Assembly (NCBI RefSeq): GCF_016433145.1
Contig: NC_058136.1
Span: forward strand, 60,639,182-60,703,181
Direction: 5' to 3'
Source of the DNA: Gracilinanus agilis
Lineage: Eukaryota
Length of the DNA stretch: 64,000 bases
A program made the position numbers and the translations under genes. Under the pieces are notes generated by a model. The model had not been told where the DNA came from. It searched no databases and worked only from the letters and a program-made list of their open reading frames with translations. How positions within the stretch are numbered: position 1 is the stretch's first letter; each line of letters begins with the position of its first letter. This document shows positions 1 through 48,043 of the stretch, in pieces.

Positions 1-162
1 GAAAAAAGATATAGGTAAAGAGAGGAATCGTGGAAAGAAAGAGGGATAAAAAAAGATAGATGAATGTATAGGTAGATGGATTGAGGGATAGATGATAGGA
101 AGACATCTATCTTGGACAGGGATAGAGAAACAGAAAAATAGATGGATGGATAGATAGAGAGA
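1..162. repeat. (GATA/GGAT/GA)-rich low-complexity microsatellite
   Basis: Degenerate tetranucleotide units. Confidence 0.8.
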
Positions 163-1075
163 TGGGTGAAGCCAAGATGGCAGCTTAGTAGTAGTGAAAG
201 CCTGAAACTGTTCTGAATATCCTTCCAAACTGATCTTTAAAAGGCACCTCGAAAGGAAGGGAGTCAAAGCAGGACGAGTGGGGGCGGGGGCTCTCCCACT
301 AAACACAACGTGAAAGGTAGGCAGAGAGAATGAATTTCCACAATATAAGAGGGAACTGGAAGCAAAACTGCAAACAGAAAAGTACATCCTCCCACATACC
401 GTGCCAGACTCAGAACCAGGGCATAGGTAACTTCTGGATCCCAGGATGTGGGCTACACCAATAAAAGAACACCTCCTTGAAGCCCCAGTGCTGGATGCTC
501 TCAAGCCTCTTTGGCAACAGTGAAGGCAGCCCCAGGGCAAAACCCCGTGTGCCAGAAGCTAAGACAGAAATGACCAGCAACTTGCAGATTTCCCAGTCCA
601 CTGATGGGAAAATGAGCAAACAGCAGCAAAAAAACTCTTGACCCTCGAAAATTTCTGCTGGGAAAAAGAACAAAGAACAGAAGCAACAGGAGATGGTGAG
701 AAACAAGCAAACACATGCAAAAATCTCCAGAAAAAAAAACTGGAATTTGTCTCAAGCTCTGGAAGAATTCAAAAAGGAATTCAAAAATCAAATAAGACAG
801 GTTGAAAAATGGGATAAAGAAATAAAAGTGATGCAAAAAGAAAATAATAGCTTAAAAAGTGAAATTGGTCAAATGGAAAAAGAGGCACAACAAGCCAATG
901 AAGAATTAAGTTGTTTAAAAATCAAAATTGACCTACTGGAAAAAGAGGCCAAAAAAGTCAACTGAGTGCCATGAAAAGTAGAATGGACCAAATGGAAAAG
1001 GAGGCTCAAAAGTTCACAGAAGAAACTCGGTCTTTAAAAATTAGAACTGGGCAAATAAAAGCTAATCATTTCACA
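163..1075 (+). mobile_element. LINE-1 5' fragment (5' UTR plus decayed ORF1 N-terminus), marsupial type
   Basis: Starts GCCAAGATGGC. ORF1-like peptides MSKQQ (ATG 612), KKEFKNQIRQVE, ENNSLKSEIGQMEKEAQ and SLKIRTGQ, with frameshifts. Confidence 0.8.
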
Positions 1076-1420
1076 CAGACAGAGAGATAGATGGATTGAT
1101 ACATGGATAGATGGATGGATAGATTGATACATACATACATGAAGAAATAGACAAAGCTAGACAAAAAGATAGAAAAAATAGAAAGATTGGTAGAGAGTTA
1201 AAAATGTATAGAGAGAAATGTATAGACAGAGGTAGAGGGATAAATAGAGAGACACAGAAAGCGAGACAGATAGGTAAACAGACTGACAGAAAGATAGATG
1301 ATAGATAGATTTATGATAGGAAGAGGCAGAAAAACAGATGGATGGATGGATGAATAGATAGAGAGATGTATGGATAAGAAGAAAGAAAGAGAGAGAGAGA
1401 GAGAGAGACAGAGACAGAGA
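1076..1420. repeat. (GATA/GGAT/GA)n microsatellite array
   Basis: Direct inspection. Confidence 0.85.
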
Positions 1421-1850
1421 GATGTATCAGTAGACTGGTAGAAGCATTTCTCTATTGTATGCCAGACTCTGTGCATTTTTCTATATACAGTCTCATTTGA
1501 TCTTTACAACAACAAAAGATAAGGTTGAGGAGGGTAAAGTCTAAAGGGTTTTGAATACCAGCAAATAGATTTCTGTTTGATCCTGAAGGTAATAGGGAGC
1601 CACGAGAGTTTACTGAAAAGAAGAGTGTTGTGGTCCCACCTGTGATTTAAGAAGATCACTTTGACAGTGGGGTGGTGGATGGACTGGAGATGGGAGAGAC
1701 TTGTGGTAGAAAAATGCCCCAGCATCTATTGCAAGATTCCAGGGATAAGGTGATAAGGGCCTGTACTAGGGTGTGGGCAGTGTCTAAGAGAAAGGGGAAT
1801 ATATGAAAGATGTTATAAACTTAAAATAGATGGGGCTTGGCAACAGACCC
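1420..1850 (-). mobile_element. MIR plus L2-like ancient fragments
   Basis: CTCATTTGATC core and GGTAATAGGGAGCCAC...AAGATCACTTTG L2-type phrases. Confidence 0.6.
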
Positions 1851-1859
1851 TGGAGAGCA

Positions 1860-2035
1860 ATATAGCCAATAATTTTGAAAAATAGAGAGGAGCGAGAGCT
1901 TTTTTCTCTTCCGGGGCCAGGCCAACAGGACCATAGCTAAGAGGTGAACCCCTGGACTGGAGGCAGGGGGTGGGATTGGGGGTGGAGGGAGGAGATTCTT
2001 TCTTTTTCTCCTTTCCAGAGTAAGCTCAGTGAGAC
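1860..2035 (+). promoter_or_regulatory. Probable TAF1 proximal promoter edge
   Basis: CCAAT near 1866 and ETS-type CTTCCGG at 1908-1914, directly before the gap that hides the TAF1 ATG. Adjacency across the gap is unproven. Confidence 0.35.
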
Positions 2036-2535
2036 NNNNNNNNNNNNNNNNNNNNNNNNNNNNNNNNNNNNNNNNNNNNNNNNNNNNNNNNNNNNNNNNN
2101 NNNNNNNNNNNNNNNNNNNNNNNNNNNNNNNNNNNNNNNNNNNNNNNNNNNNNNNNNNNNNNNNNNNNNNNNNNNNNNNNNNNNNNNNNNNNNNNNNNNN
2201 NNNNNNNNNNNNNNNNNNNNNNNNNNNNNNNNNNNNNNNNNNNNNNNNNNNNNNNNNNNNNNNNNNNNNNNNNNNNNNNNNNNNNNNNNNNNNNNNNNNN
2301 NNNNNNNNNNNNNNNNNNNNNNNNNNNNNNNNNNNNNNNNNNNNNNNNNNNNNNNNNNNNNNNNNNNNNNNNNNNNNNNNNNNNNNNNNNNNNNNNNNNN
2401 NNNNNNNNNNNNNNNNNNNNNNNNNNNNNNNNNNNNNNNNNNNNNNNNNNNNNNNNNNNNNNNNNNNNNNNNNNNNNNNNNNNNNNNNNNNNNNNNNNNN
2501 NNNNNNNNNNNNNNNNNNNNNNNNNNNNNNNNNNN
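2036..2535. other. Assembly gap (500 N)
   Basis: Run of N; hides the TAF1 start codon. Confidence 0.99.
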
Positions 2536-39593
<37,058 letters not shown>

Positions 39594-39721
39594 GGTTCTT
39601 TCTTAGGCCCTCTTTGGCATTTTACCTTCCCCTGATTATGTATATATTGTGTACAGTGTCTGACTGAGTCACGAGGTGAACACGGTTGAGTTTTTTTCTT
39701 TTTAAATTATTCATAAGCAAT

Positions 39722-39727
39722 AATAAA
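39722..39727 (+). terminator. Candidate proximal TAF1 polyadenylation signal AATAAA
   Basis: Hexamer about 130 nt after the stop codon; usage untested. Confidence 0.4.
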
Positions 39728-40049
39728 GCTTCCTTCCTGACCTTACTGGGTTGGATGTCATCGTCTGATTTTCACAGAGTCCCTCTGCATCCTGTCTCAA
39801 GCTTCCCTTCCTTCTCTGGCTTCATTTCTTGGTTTCTCCTTGCCAGGGGGGAACATTTATTAAAAGGGCAGCTTGCGTTTGGCACTTTTGCCCCTTACCA
39901 CAAAAGACTCATGCTTCCTGTGCCCTCAAATGTTCCACTTACCCCTTGCCTCAGGCCGAGGCTCCTGGCTTGGGGCGTAGAGACCCACTGCTTCGTGGCT
40001 AGCCTTTTCTTCCTTTCCTTTTGAATCCTGATATCCCTTTCCCCAAATG

Positions 40050-41945
40050 ACTGATCTAGACTCGCTTCACTCTTCTACAGCCCCGTCTTGATTCAGCCCC
40101 TGATTCTCAGCAGGACCATCTTGGCTTTTTGTACCGAGGAGCTATCTCACATTCACTTCTTTCTTGCGTTTCTTCACAGCTGCAAGCTTCTGGAGCTTCG
40201 CTCGAGTCTCTTCTCCTTGTTATCTATCTATCTATCTATCATCTATCACGTGTGCCTGCCCTCTGTCCAGTTCCCTTTTGTCCTGTTCTGGATCTCGTCT
40301 CGCCCATCGTCCAACACCTTCTCTCACGTCTCTCTCTTCCTGCCAGCTCTTTAACTCTGGCCTACAAAAACCTCTTCGCTTGACCCTGCTACCATCTCAC
40401 CTGCTTCCCTACACTCACTTCTGGGATCCCTACCTGGCTTCTGGTTCCTTTTGGCTAATCCATTGCCTTGTTCTCAGACCTCTCTCTCTGCTCGATCTCC
40501 TCTCTAGTCAGTCGTTAATGCTCCCTTGACTTTAGTGACACGGTATTCCGTCTTTCCCTCTTTCCCCTTTCGGAGCTCCCTAAATCAGAGGATGCTTTCC
40601 GAGGCTTTCGTCCTCAGACTCCTGCTCTCTGCTCTCTTCAGCAGTCTCCTGCGGCAATCTTGTACCTTCCCATAGTTCCCACCTGTCTTTTTTTATTTTT
40701 AGGCTTATGACTTCCCATTCTGTCTGCCTGCTGCAGACCTCTGCTGAGACCCAGGCCAGCAATTGTCACCTGAAGCTCCCAAATGTTGCCCTACTGGGAA
40801 GGGGCCAGTATTTCCAGCTAAACCACAGGCTGATCTGTGGGAGGTTTTCCTTGCTCCTTGATAGGTCTGGCCTCTGGATCTCTGGAGTAACAGTCCAAAT
40901 TATGCCTAGGTCTTGGCCAGAACTATGAGAGTTTATGCCTTTATGCCTGGAATGATTGCTTTGATACACTTTTGGCCAGAACTGAGCGAATCTTCTCTCC
41001 TCAAACTCCATTTCCTGTGTCAGCGAATGGCACCATCATTCTGCTCACTAAAGAGCCGAACTTCTTATCTTGGACTCTTCTCTCCTTCCTTGATGTCTCA
41101 GCAAGTCCTTACATTTTGTGTTAAATTCTGCTTTCTCCAAGAAAACCGTCCCCTCTTTTTCAGCCCCGATCGTGCCACCCTGGTCCCAGCCCTCATCACC
41201 GGTCGGTTGCCTGGGATGCTCTCATGCCTTGCCTTCCTACCTTGTCTTCTGTCTCGATTTTCCAAGCTGTCCTCTCCACAGTCGACATTCCTTTCATCTC
41301 CGATGGCGTTGCTTGCTGTTGACTACCAGCAAATTTTACACTTAGCCCAGTTCCGAAGGGCTCTTCCAGCTGGGCTCCAATCTGCCAGTTCTCATGCTGC
41401 TTCCCCTCATATGGGCCTGGAATGCAGCCAGTTTCAAAATACATATTTAACAGTAAAAGTCATCCTGAAGTTAGGAGTATGACTAGGAAGATTTCACATT
41501 TGACTATCTTATATAATTCCTGCCCCCAAAAGATCATCTGGCCAGCTCTAGTAGAAGCCCAGAACTGCTGTAGGCTAGGTGACCTTGTCTCTTTGTCCTG
41601 ACTGGCTGCTGAGCTTGGAGTGGGCTTGAGAAGAGGGAATCACATCTAGACCAGCCCCTTGTAGAACATGAATGATAAGGAGTCCAAAAGGGTCTCTGTG
41701 GCCCGCTCCCTGGAGGAGCAATCTTAGAGAATTTGAGGTCACAGTAAGCACGGAAAGCAAGCTTGACCTGCCCCAGGTTCTGCCTGGGGGAAAGGAAGGT
41801 GTGAATTCAGAACTGAAAAGAAATCTGAATTTTAAAAAAGAAAAAAAGAAACCTTGTCCCTCAGTCAAGGTCTGATTCCTATCAAATGTAACGAGCACTT
41901 AGCTCAGTGCCTGGTACATAGTAGGTGCTATATAAATGCTTCTTC
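40050..41945 (+). mobile_element. Decayed L2 LINE 3' portion interrupted by a MIR
   Basis: Pyrimidine-rich L2-type sequence ending CAGTGCCTGGTACATAGTAGGTGC. Confidence 0.6.
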
Positions 41946-42169
41946 CCTTGCTCCCCCCTCCCCCCTCCCCCCCCTGCTTTCTGCCCTCCCCATTCAGATG
42001 CAACCCACCCTGTGTTGTTTCTCCCTGACTGGCGGGCACACCCCGTCAGCTCTCCCCTTGTGGATGCACTTGGCATCTTTTCTTTTGTACTGTCGCTATT
42101 TGTGTATCTGTCTTTTCTCCCCTAATGAATTGTCATTTCATTGTGAGGGCCGGGTCTTAACAAATGCTT

Positions 42170-42186
42170 AATAAAAAAATAATAAA
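42170..42186 (+). terminator. Candidate distal TAF1 polyadenylation signals (two AATAAA)
   Basis: AATAAA at 42170 and 42181 followed by GU-rich sequence; sits at an L2-like 3' end. Confidence 0.35.
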
Positions 42187-43699
42187 ATTGTTCGACTGGA
42201 TTGAAGCCTGACTTTGAGTCGCGTGTCTACGTCCTGCGTGCATTTCCCCCGGTGGGCCCGGTGCTAAGCAATCGGTTGCTCTAGTTCTTCATTTACTGTG
42301 GGTGGTGTTGTCTCCCTAAATGGCAGCTTTTCATACATAGGACAACTTGTGCCATTTCATCTTGTGACGAACACGTGGCTGGACACTGTGGGTTCTCAAC
42401 AGACATCCCTGATGGCGGGCGGATCTGGAAAAACAAAAGCAGCAGTAAATTCAGAGCTCTGCCCCTTGGCAGCGTTTAGGAGGGGGGCAGCACGAAGGCA
42501 CACACTGATTCTCCTGTCCCCTGCCCGGGGCCCGATCACAGCCCTTTGCCTGTTGAGAGCTGAAGGAGAGGATGAGGTGGGGAGACAAGCAAATAGCTCC
42601 ATCCTTTTGTTTCCTCCCACCCCATGCTCTTGGATCGAGTCACAATTCCCGGGGAGAATCACCATTGCGATAGCACGCTCCAGTTCAATGGGTTCCTGAT
42701 CAGTGACTTGCCCGTGATCACACAGGTAGGAAGTGTGTGCTGGGTTTGAATCCTGGTTTTGCCATTACTGCCTTTAGCGGGTTACCATCTCTGGGACTCG
42801 GTTTGTTCATCTGTAAAATGAGGCCATTGTACCACATGACTTACAAGGGCCTTGCCGGTTCACCTTGACAGATGTAGCACACACTTTCGGTTCTGGGGAT
42901 CTAGGCAGAGCTGTGTGGACTCATCATTTTCACTTCCTCAACTCCCACTCAACTTGTCAAAGCCTTCCAAGCTGCCTTTGCATGCATGTTAGCACTGTGG
43001 CTAAATCCAACAGTTTGGGACTCAGTGCTGCTGCGACATGGAGGTGGGGGTGTTTTTAAAGCTGTTGGAGAAGAGGCTATGGAGCTTGGCAATCCATCCT
43101 GACTGGGGAGCCATCTGCATGGAAGCGATGGTTTAAAGGGTGAGCACCCCTCCCTCCCGCCAACAGCAGACCCAAAAGGGTGAGAGGCAGCATGAAAGAG
43201 AGCATGGTATGGAGGCCAGAATCAGGAGGCTTGGTTTCTGTGAAGAGAGCAAAAAGGAGGGAGTCCATGTAGCCCTTAGGGGCCTTCCCTTTGCAGTTTA
43301 CCAAAGAGGGTAGCTAAGAAGGACTGACCTCCCCGGTGCTGGCCTCCCTTCGCTTTATCTTCAGCATGCAGCACCAGGCCTAGAAGGGCTTTTCTGGGGG
43401 GCGGTCATGCTGGTTGGAGCTAAGCTAGCTCAATGAAGCAGGTGTCAGGCCCGTGAAAAGGCATATCCGCAACCTCTCCATTTTTGTGAAGTGGGTCTGG
43501 CCTTGGTTGCGATGGCAGCTCTATATGGCCTCACTTCAGTTTCTGTGGGCCACAATCTCATGTCTCATGTCTGATCACGAGGCCCCCTTCTGTTCTGTTC
43601 TCTTGGGTATTTTTGCGCTCAGTCCCTGGCCAATGCAAAGAGATTCCTGCGAAGGCTTCTCGCAAAGTGAAACTGGCTGAAGAATCCCACCCTCCGATT

Positions 43700-44120
43700 G
43701 CATGTTTCTACAGAGAGGGACCTGGAGTCTGTGAGAGCCTCGGGTAGTCCCAGCTCTGGCATTTACCCCCTGTGTGACCAGGGCCTAGTCAGTTTCCTCA
43801 TCTGTAAAGTGAGGAGATTGCATGAGATGAACTCTGAAGCCCTTCCTTCCAGCTTCACCAACTAGAACTGTTGAGTCTGACAGGGACCACAGCTGACTTC
43901 TGAGCTCTCTCCTAATTTAGGGGACTGAGATGGTGCAGTGGGTAGAGCCTGGAGTCAGGAAGGCTCATCTTTCCCGATTCAAATTCCAGCCTCAGACACT
44001 TACTTACTGGTGGTGGTGCCTGTGACCCTGGAGAGCTGGGGAAGGAAATGGCAAACCTCTCCAGGCTCTTTGCTGAGAAAGCCCCAAATGGGTCATGACT
44101 GAGACCAAACAAACATTTAA
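43700..44120 (+). mobile_element. CORE-SINE cluster (MIR/Mar-like)
   Basis: CAGTTTCCTCATCTGTAAAG core and a tRNA-like head. Confidence 0.6.
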
Positions 44121-44899
44121 AGAGATGGTGATAATTAAGGAAGATATTTATTTCTAGATGTTTCTGGAAATTTGTTGCCAGTACAAGGAAAGGAAAAAGA
44201 AAAAAAAAACAGTAATCATCGTGAGGCAGAAAACCAAAAGCAGCTATTTAAAAAGTGGGTCTCCTCCTCTACTCCGAGGTGAGCAAAGGTGGCCCCAAAT
44301 GTTATGACCAGCAGTGTCTACCCAGAAGCCTCTATGATCTATGAGGTGTCATGTGACTGGATATTCAGCAAGTCCTCTAGCTAGATTAGACCCCAAGTTT
44401 TTTGAGGACAGCCCCCCCCCTTGTATATGGCATTTAATGCCAACAGACCCTTCTAACTTCATCTGAGATACCAATGTTAGCTTGAACTCTCCTTCGGATG
44501 GTTTGTCTCTTTAATGGGGAGCGGATAGCCTTAGATTCTATTCCAGAACTCGTGCTAGAATTTATTCCTTGAAAGGAAGCCTGTGGGGTCCAACCTGTCA
44601 CCATATCAGGAATCTCCTCTACAAGACATTCTCAAGAGGTGGGCACAGATATGGGTTAATGCAGATGCTACAGTTCTCAATCCCAGCTGAGAAGGGAGAG
44701 AAAAATGCACGTTGTTCGGGAAGGTCCCTAGAATTGGGAGTATAAGAAAGGGTGGGGCTCTGGGAGCAGGCCCGGGCTTTTGTCCATTCTAATGGAATTC
44801 TTGAAGGTCCCCAATGACTGTCTCCTTTTGAGTTTTCCCTCTGTGTTCATCCTCCTTGACCTCTGGATAACAGCATGTGCACTCTCCTGCCTCCATTTT

Positions 44900-47350
44900 T
44901 CTGGACTCTTCCTAGGAAAAGTCCCTCTCCATTTCCCCGGGCACCACGGTAGTTTGGGCTACGCGGCCACAAGGCGCGTCTTCTAGCGGCCTCGCCAGCT
45001 CCACTTCCAAACAGTCTTTCAAGGTCACCCGTCTGCCTCACCGTTATTTAGCCAAACTTAAGTTCCCGTTCCCCCAGGCCCAGGGGAACTCTGCCTGCCG
45101 CCCTCTAGATTCTAATCCCGGGCCCTTTGTGCCTTCTCACTTCTCCCTGAAGCCATCTCTGACCGTCCAAGCCACAAGGAACCCTACTTCCCTTCTTTCT
45201 TCCCACAATGCACCCTAACTTGGCAGTCCGGGTGGCACTGGTGAGTTTCTCACTTCTTGGCCACGGCAGGTAGCTGGGCTCCGGGGTCGTCCCGCTTAAA
45301 ACAGTCTGGGATCAGGGGCGTGGGGGGTGGGAGGGAGCTCGGCCGGGCCTAGAGAGGGTCCGGCAGGCCGGGCCAAGGGCGGGGCCAGTGACTTTCCCGC
45401 GNCTTCCCGTGCCGCTCTCCGCCTCGCTCCCGCCCCCGCGCGGCTTCTCGGGGTCCAGGGCCCGTACTGGCATCGGGCAGATGGCAGATGACTAAGCCCT
45501 GGACAGCGCTGGAGGGGGTGGGGGAGAGGAAGAGGCCGACTAAAGCCCACTTTCCAAGGCCTTGTAGACCCCCGGCCCGTCACGAACGGCCCGCCTTCTC
45601 TTCTTCCCTACTGCCCTCCCTAGCCGCTAACTTGCGCCGCGGCGTGTCCGGCCAGCTCCGGGAGCCAGCGAAGGGCTGGGCGCGGGCTCCGGATGGGGGC
45701 TGCCCGAGCGGCACGCATGCGCCCCGGCCCCAGCTCCTGTTTGTCGCAATGCCCACCCCCACCCCACCGCCCCCCCCATCCGCGGAAGACTACATACAGT
45801 GCGTACTTCCCCCTTCATTGTAATTACTTGGTGGCCTCGCGCCACCTCCTCCGCCTAGGGACTCGATTATAGCGGGAAGTAGTTCCGGCTGGTGTTGTCT
45901 TGGGCAGGGAGCCGCCGCCACCGCCGCCATTTCAAGAGCCTAGAGCTGGGGAGGGAAGTCGACCTCGCGCCGCCCTGCAGAGCTTTGTCAGCGTCGCTTC
46001 TGCTGCTGTCGAAACCGTTCCGGCCAGTTCAGCCGGCCGGCACTACTGCTCGCCTCCGGTCTGGTCCGTCCGTGTCGCCGACCTCGGAGGCGACCCCGGC
46101 GGCGGCGGGACGCGGCGGCGCGGGGCTCCCCCTGGCCCGCCCTCCCTTAGGAGGCTCCCGATGGCGTCTTCGGTGGGCAACGTGGCCGACAGCACAGGTA
46201 CCTAGGCGGCCGTCCGCCCGGTGCCCACGGGCTGTTTTGCACTGCCCTGGGCGCCGAGGCGGCACAGCTGCCCCCCCAGATCCCGCCTAGTTAGTCCTGC
46301 TTCCCTTACGCCCGTGGGGTGACCCAAGCGGGCGGGGGAGGGACACTCGAGACTCCGATTCTTAGGGGCGCCCCCTCCCCCTGCTTCCGCTGCGTTCCAC
46401 CTCCACTGGGGGGCAGCCATCATTCCCCCCGGGGATTGCGAGTCGGGGGGGGGGGGGAGAAGGAATTTAGATGCTATCGAGGACACGCCCTCATGCTCCG
46501 GAGGAGGAAACTGAGGCAGGCCACGGGGAAGTGATTTGCCCAGGGTTCCACAGCTAGCTAGCAAGTGTGGGATTTGAGTTCGGCTCTCGGGGAGCCCCGG
46601 CCCGGCGCTCTGCCTTTGGCCCCCCCTCCCCCTGGCTTCCCGTGGTTGGGTGACTGGCGCGGGCAGCAGGGACTTGCGCCTCTACTCAGTACAGATGTCC
46701 CGGGCCGGGGAAGGAGTTGGAAATTTCCAAGGGTGGCCACCCCCCTTCCCCACCCCGAAGCTCTTCCTTTCCCACCCGAGAGGGAGGGTGAGCTGTTGGG
46801 GCCCCGAATCTGCGCAACCCTCCCCCCCCCCTTTTCTGGTTAGCTCTGGCCAGCCCGAGGGCCACACCCTGGCCTTTTAGCCCATTTCGGGCTCCGTGGC
46901 CCCCGGCGTTTTACTTCCTTCGCTGCTGCCTTGGGGGGTCTCTTTCCGGAGGTGTCAATTTTCACTTTCTCCTTAGTTGTTTGCTATTCACGTTTTAACT
47001 TTCCAGCCGTCTCCGAACTGTCTGGAAAGCGATTGGAAAGTAGCTAGCAGCCGCGCCGGCTGACTTCGGGGTTGCTCCTTTATTTCCGCTGGGAGCTATG
47101 CGGGATTGGGACCCCCAAAAGACCTTTTGGCTAGTTGAGCCAAGTACCTTCCCGCATTTGAACTTTCCTGGGCCGGGCGGGCCGCTTGGGCGTAGGTGGT
47201 CGTGGTCTGGAGGACTTGCATTTTGAATGCAGCTCTTAGTCTCCATTGATTGTTCTACTGTGGTCACTCCTATTAATGAACTGTCTGCTAAAGGGTGGGG
47301 CGGAACTTTAAATAAACCGTTGACGCGTCCCCCCTCCCCCAAGCATTTAG
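44900..47350 (+). promoter_or_regulatory. OGT CpG-island promoter, 5' UTR and start of intron 1
   Basis: Dense CpG and GC boxes; ETS-type GGAAGT/TTCCGG at 45876-45887; YY1-type CCGCCATTT at 45924-45932. Confidence 0.8.
46161..46197 (+). CDS. OGT: OGT (O-GlcNAc transferase) first coding exon; the rest of the gene is absent from the window
   Basis: ATGGCGTCTTCGGTGGGCAACGTGGCCGACAGCACAG|GT encodes MASSVGNVADST, the OGT N-terminus; position downstream of TAF1 matches conserved synteny. Confidence 0.92.
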
Positions 47351-47543
47351 GTTTCATTTATAGCTTTTTCTAGAGTTCCCGGATGATCCCATGAGATGGC
47401 ATTTAGCCCAGTACCGGTACGTTAGTATCAGTATTAGTTGAGAAAGCAGCGATTCCGGCATTCTTTTTCGCAAGTTTTGAACCTGGTTCGTTAATTGTGG
47501 AAAAATCAGCTAGAAGTTCAGATTGCTTTTGAGTGTCCGCTGG

Positions 47544-48043
47544 NNNNNNNNNNNNNNNNNNNNNNNNNNNNNNNNNNNNNNNNNNNNNNNNNNNNNNNNN
47601 NNNNNNNNNNNNNNNNNNNNNNNNNNNNNNNNNNNNNNNNNNNNNNNNNNNNNNNNNNNNNNNNNNNNNNNNNNNNNNNNNNNNNNNNNNNNNNNNNNNN
47701 NNNNNNNNNNNNNNNNNNNNNNNNNNNNNNNNNNNNNNNNNNNNNNNNNNNNNNNNNNNNNNNNNNNNNNNNNNNNNNNNNNNNNNNNNNNNNNNNNNNN
47801 NNNNNNNNNNNNNNNNNNNNNNNNNNNNNNNNNNNNNNNNNNNNNNNNNNNNNNNNNNNNNNNNNNNNNNNNNNNNNNNNNNNNNNNNNNNNNNNNNNNN
47901 NNNNNNNNNNNNNNNNNNNNNNNNNNNNNNNNNNNNNNNNNNNNNNNNNNNNNNNNNNNNNNNNNNNNNNNNNNNNNNNNNNNNNNNNNNNNNNNNNNNN
48001 NNNNNNNNNNNNNNNNNNNNNNNNNNNNNNNNNNNNNNNNNNN
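47544..48043. other. Assembly gap (500 N) at an orientation switch
   Basis: Run of N between OGT intron 1 (+) and the ITGB1BP2/NONO block (-). Confidence 0.99.

Noticed and set aside
693-965. 90-aa coiled-coil ORF as a novel gene
   Set aside because: It is a decayed LINE-1 ORF1 fragment.
40913-41482. 189-aa ORF downstream of TAF1
   Set aside because: It lies in decayed L2 sequence and has no splice or domain support.
42470-42495. CTCF-like AGGGGGGCAGCA
   Set aside because: It lacks the 5' CC core and cannot be supported without a motif scan or ChIP.
45296-46880. Many overlapping Pro/Arg/Gly-rich ORFs
   Set aside because: Stop-poor CpG island; only the 37-nt OGT exon is supported.
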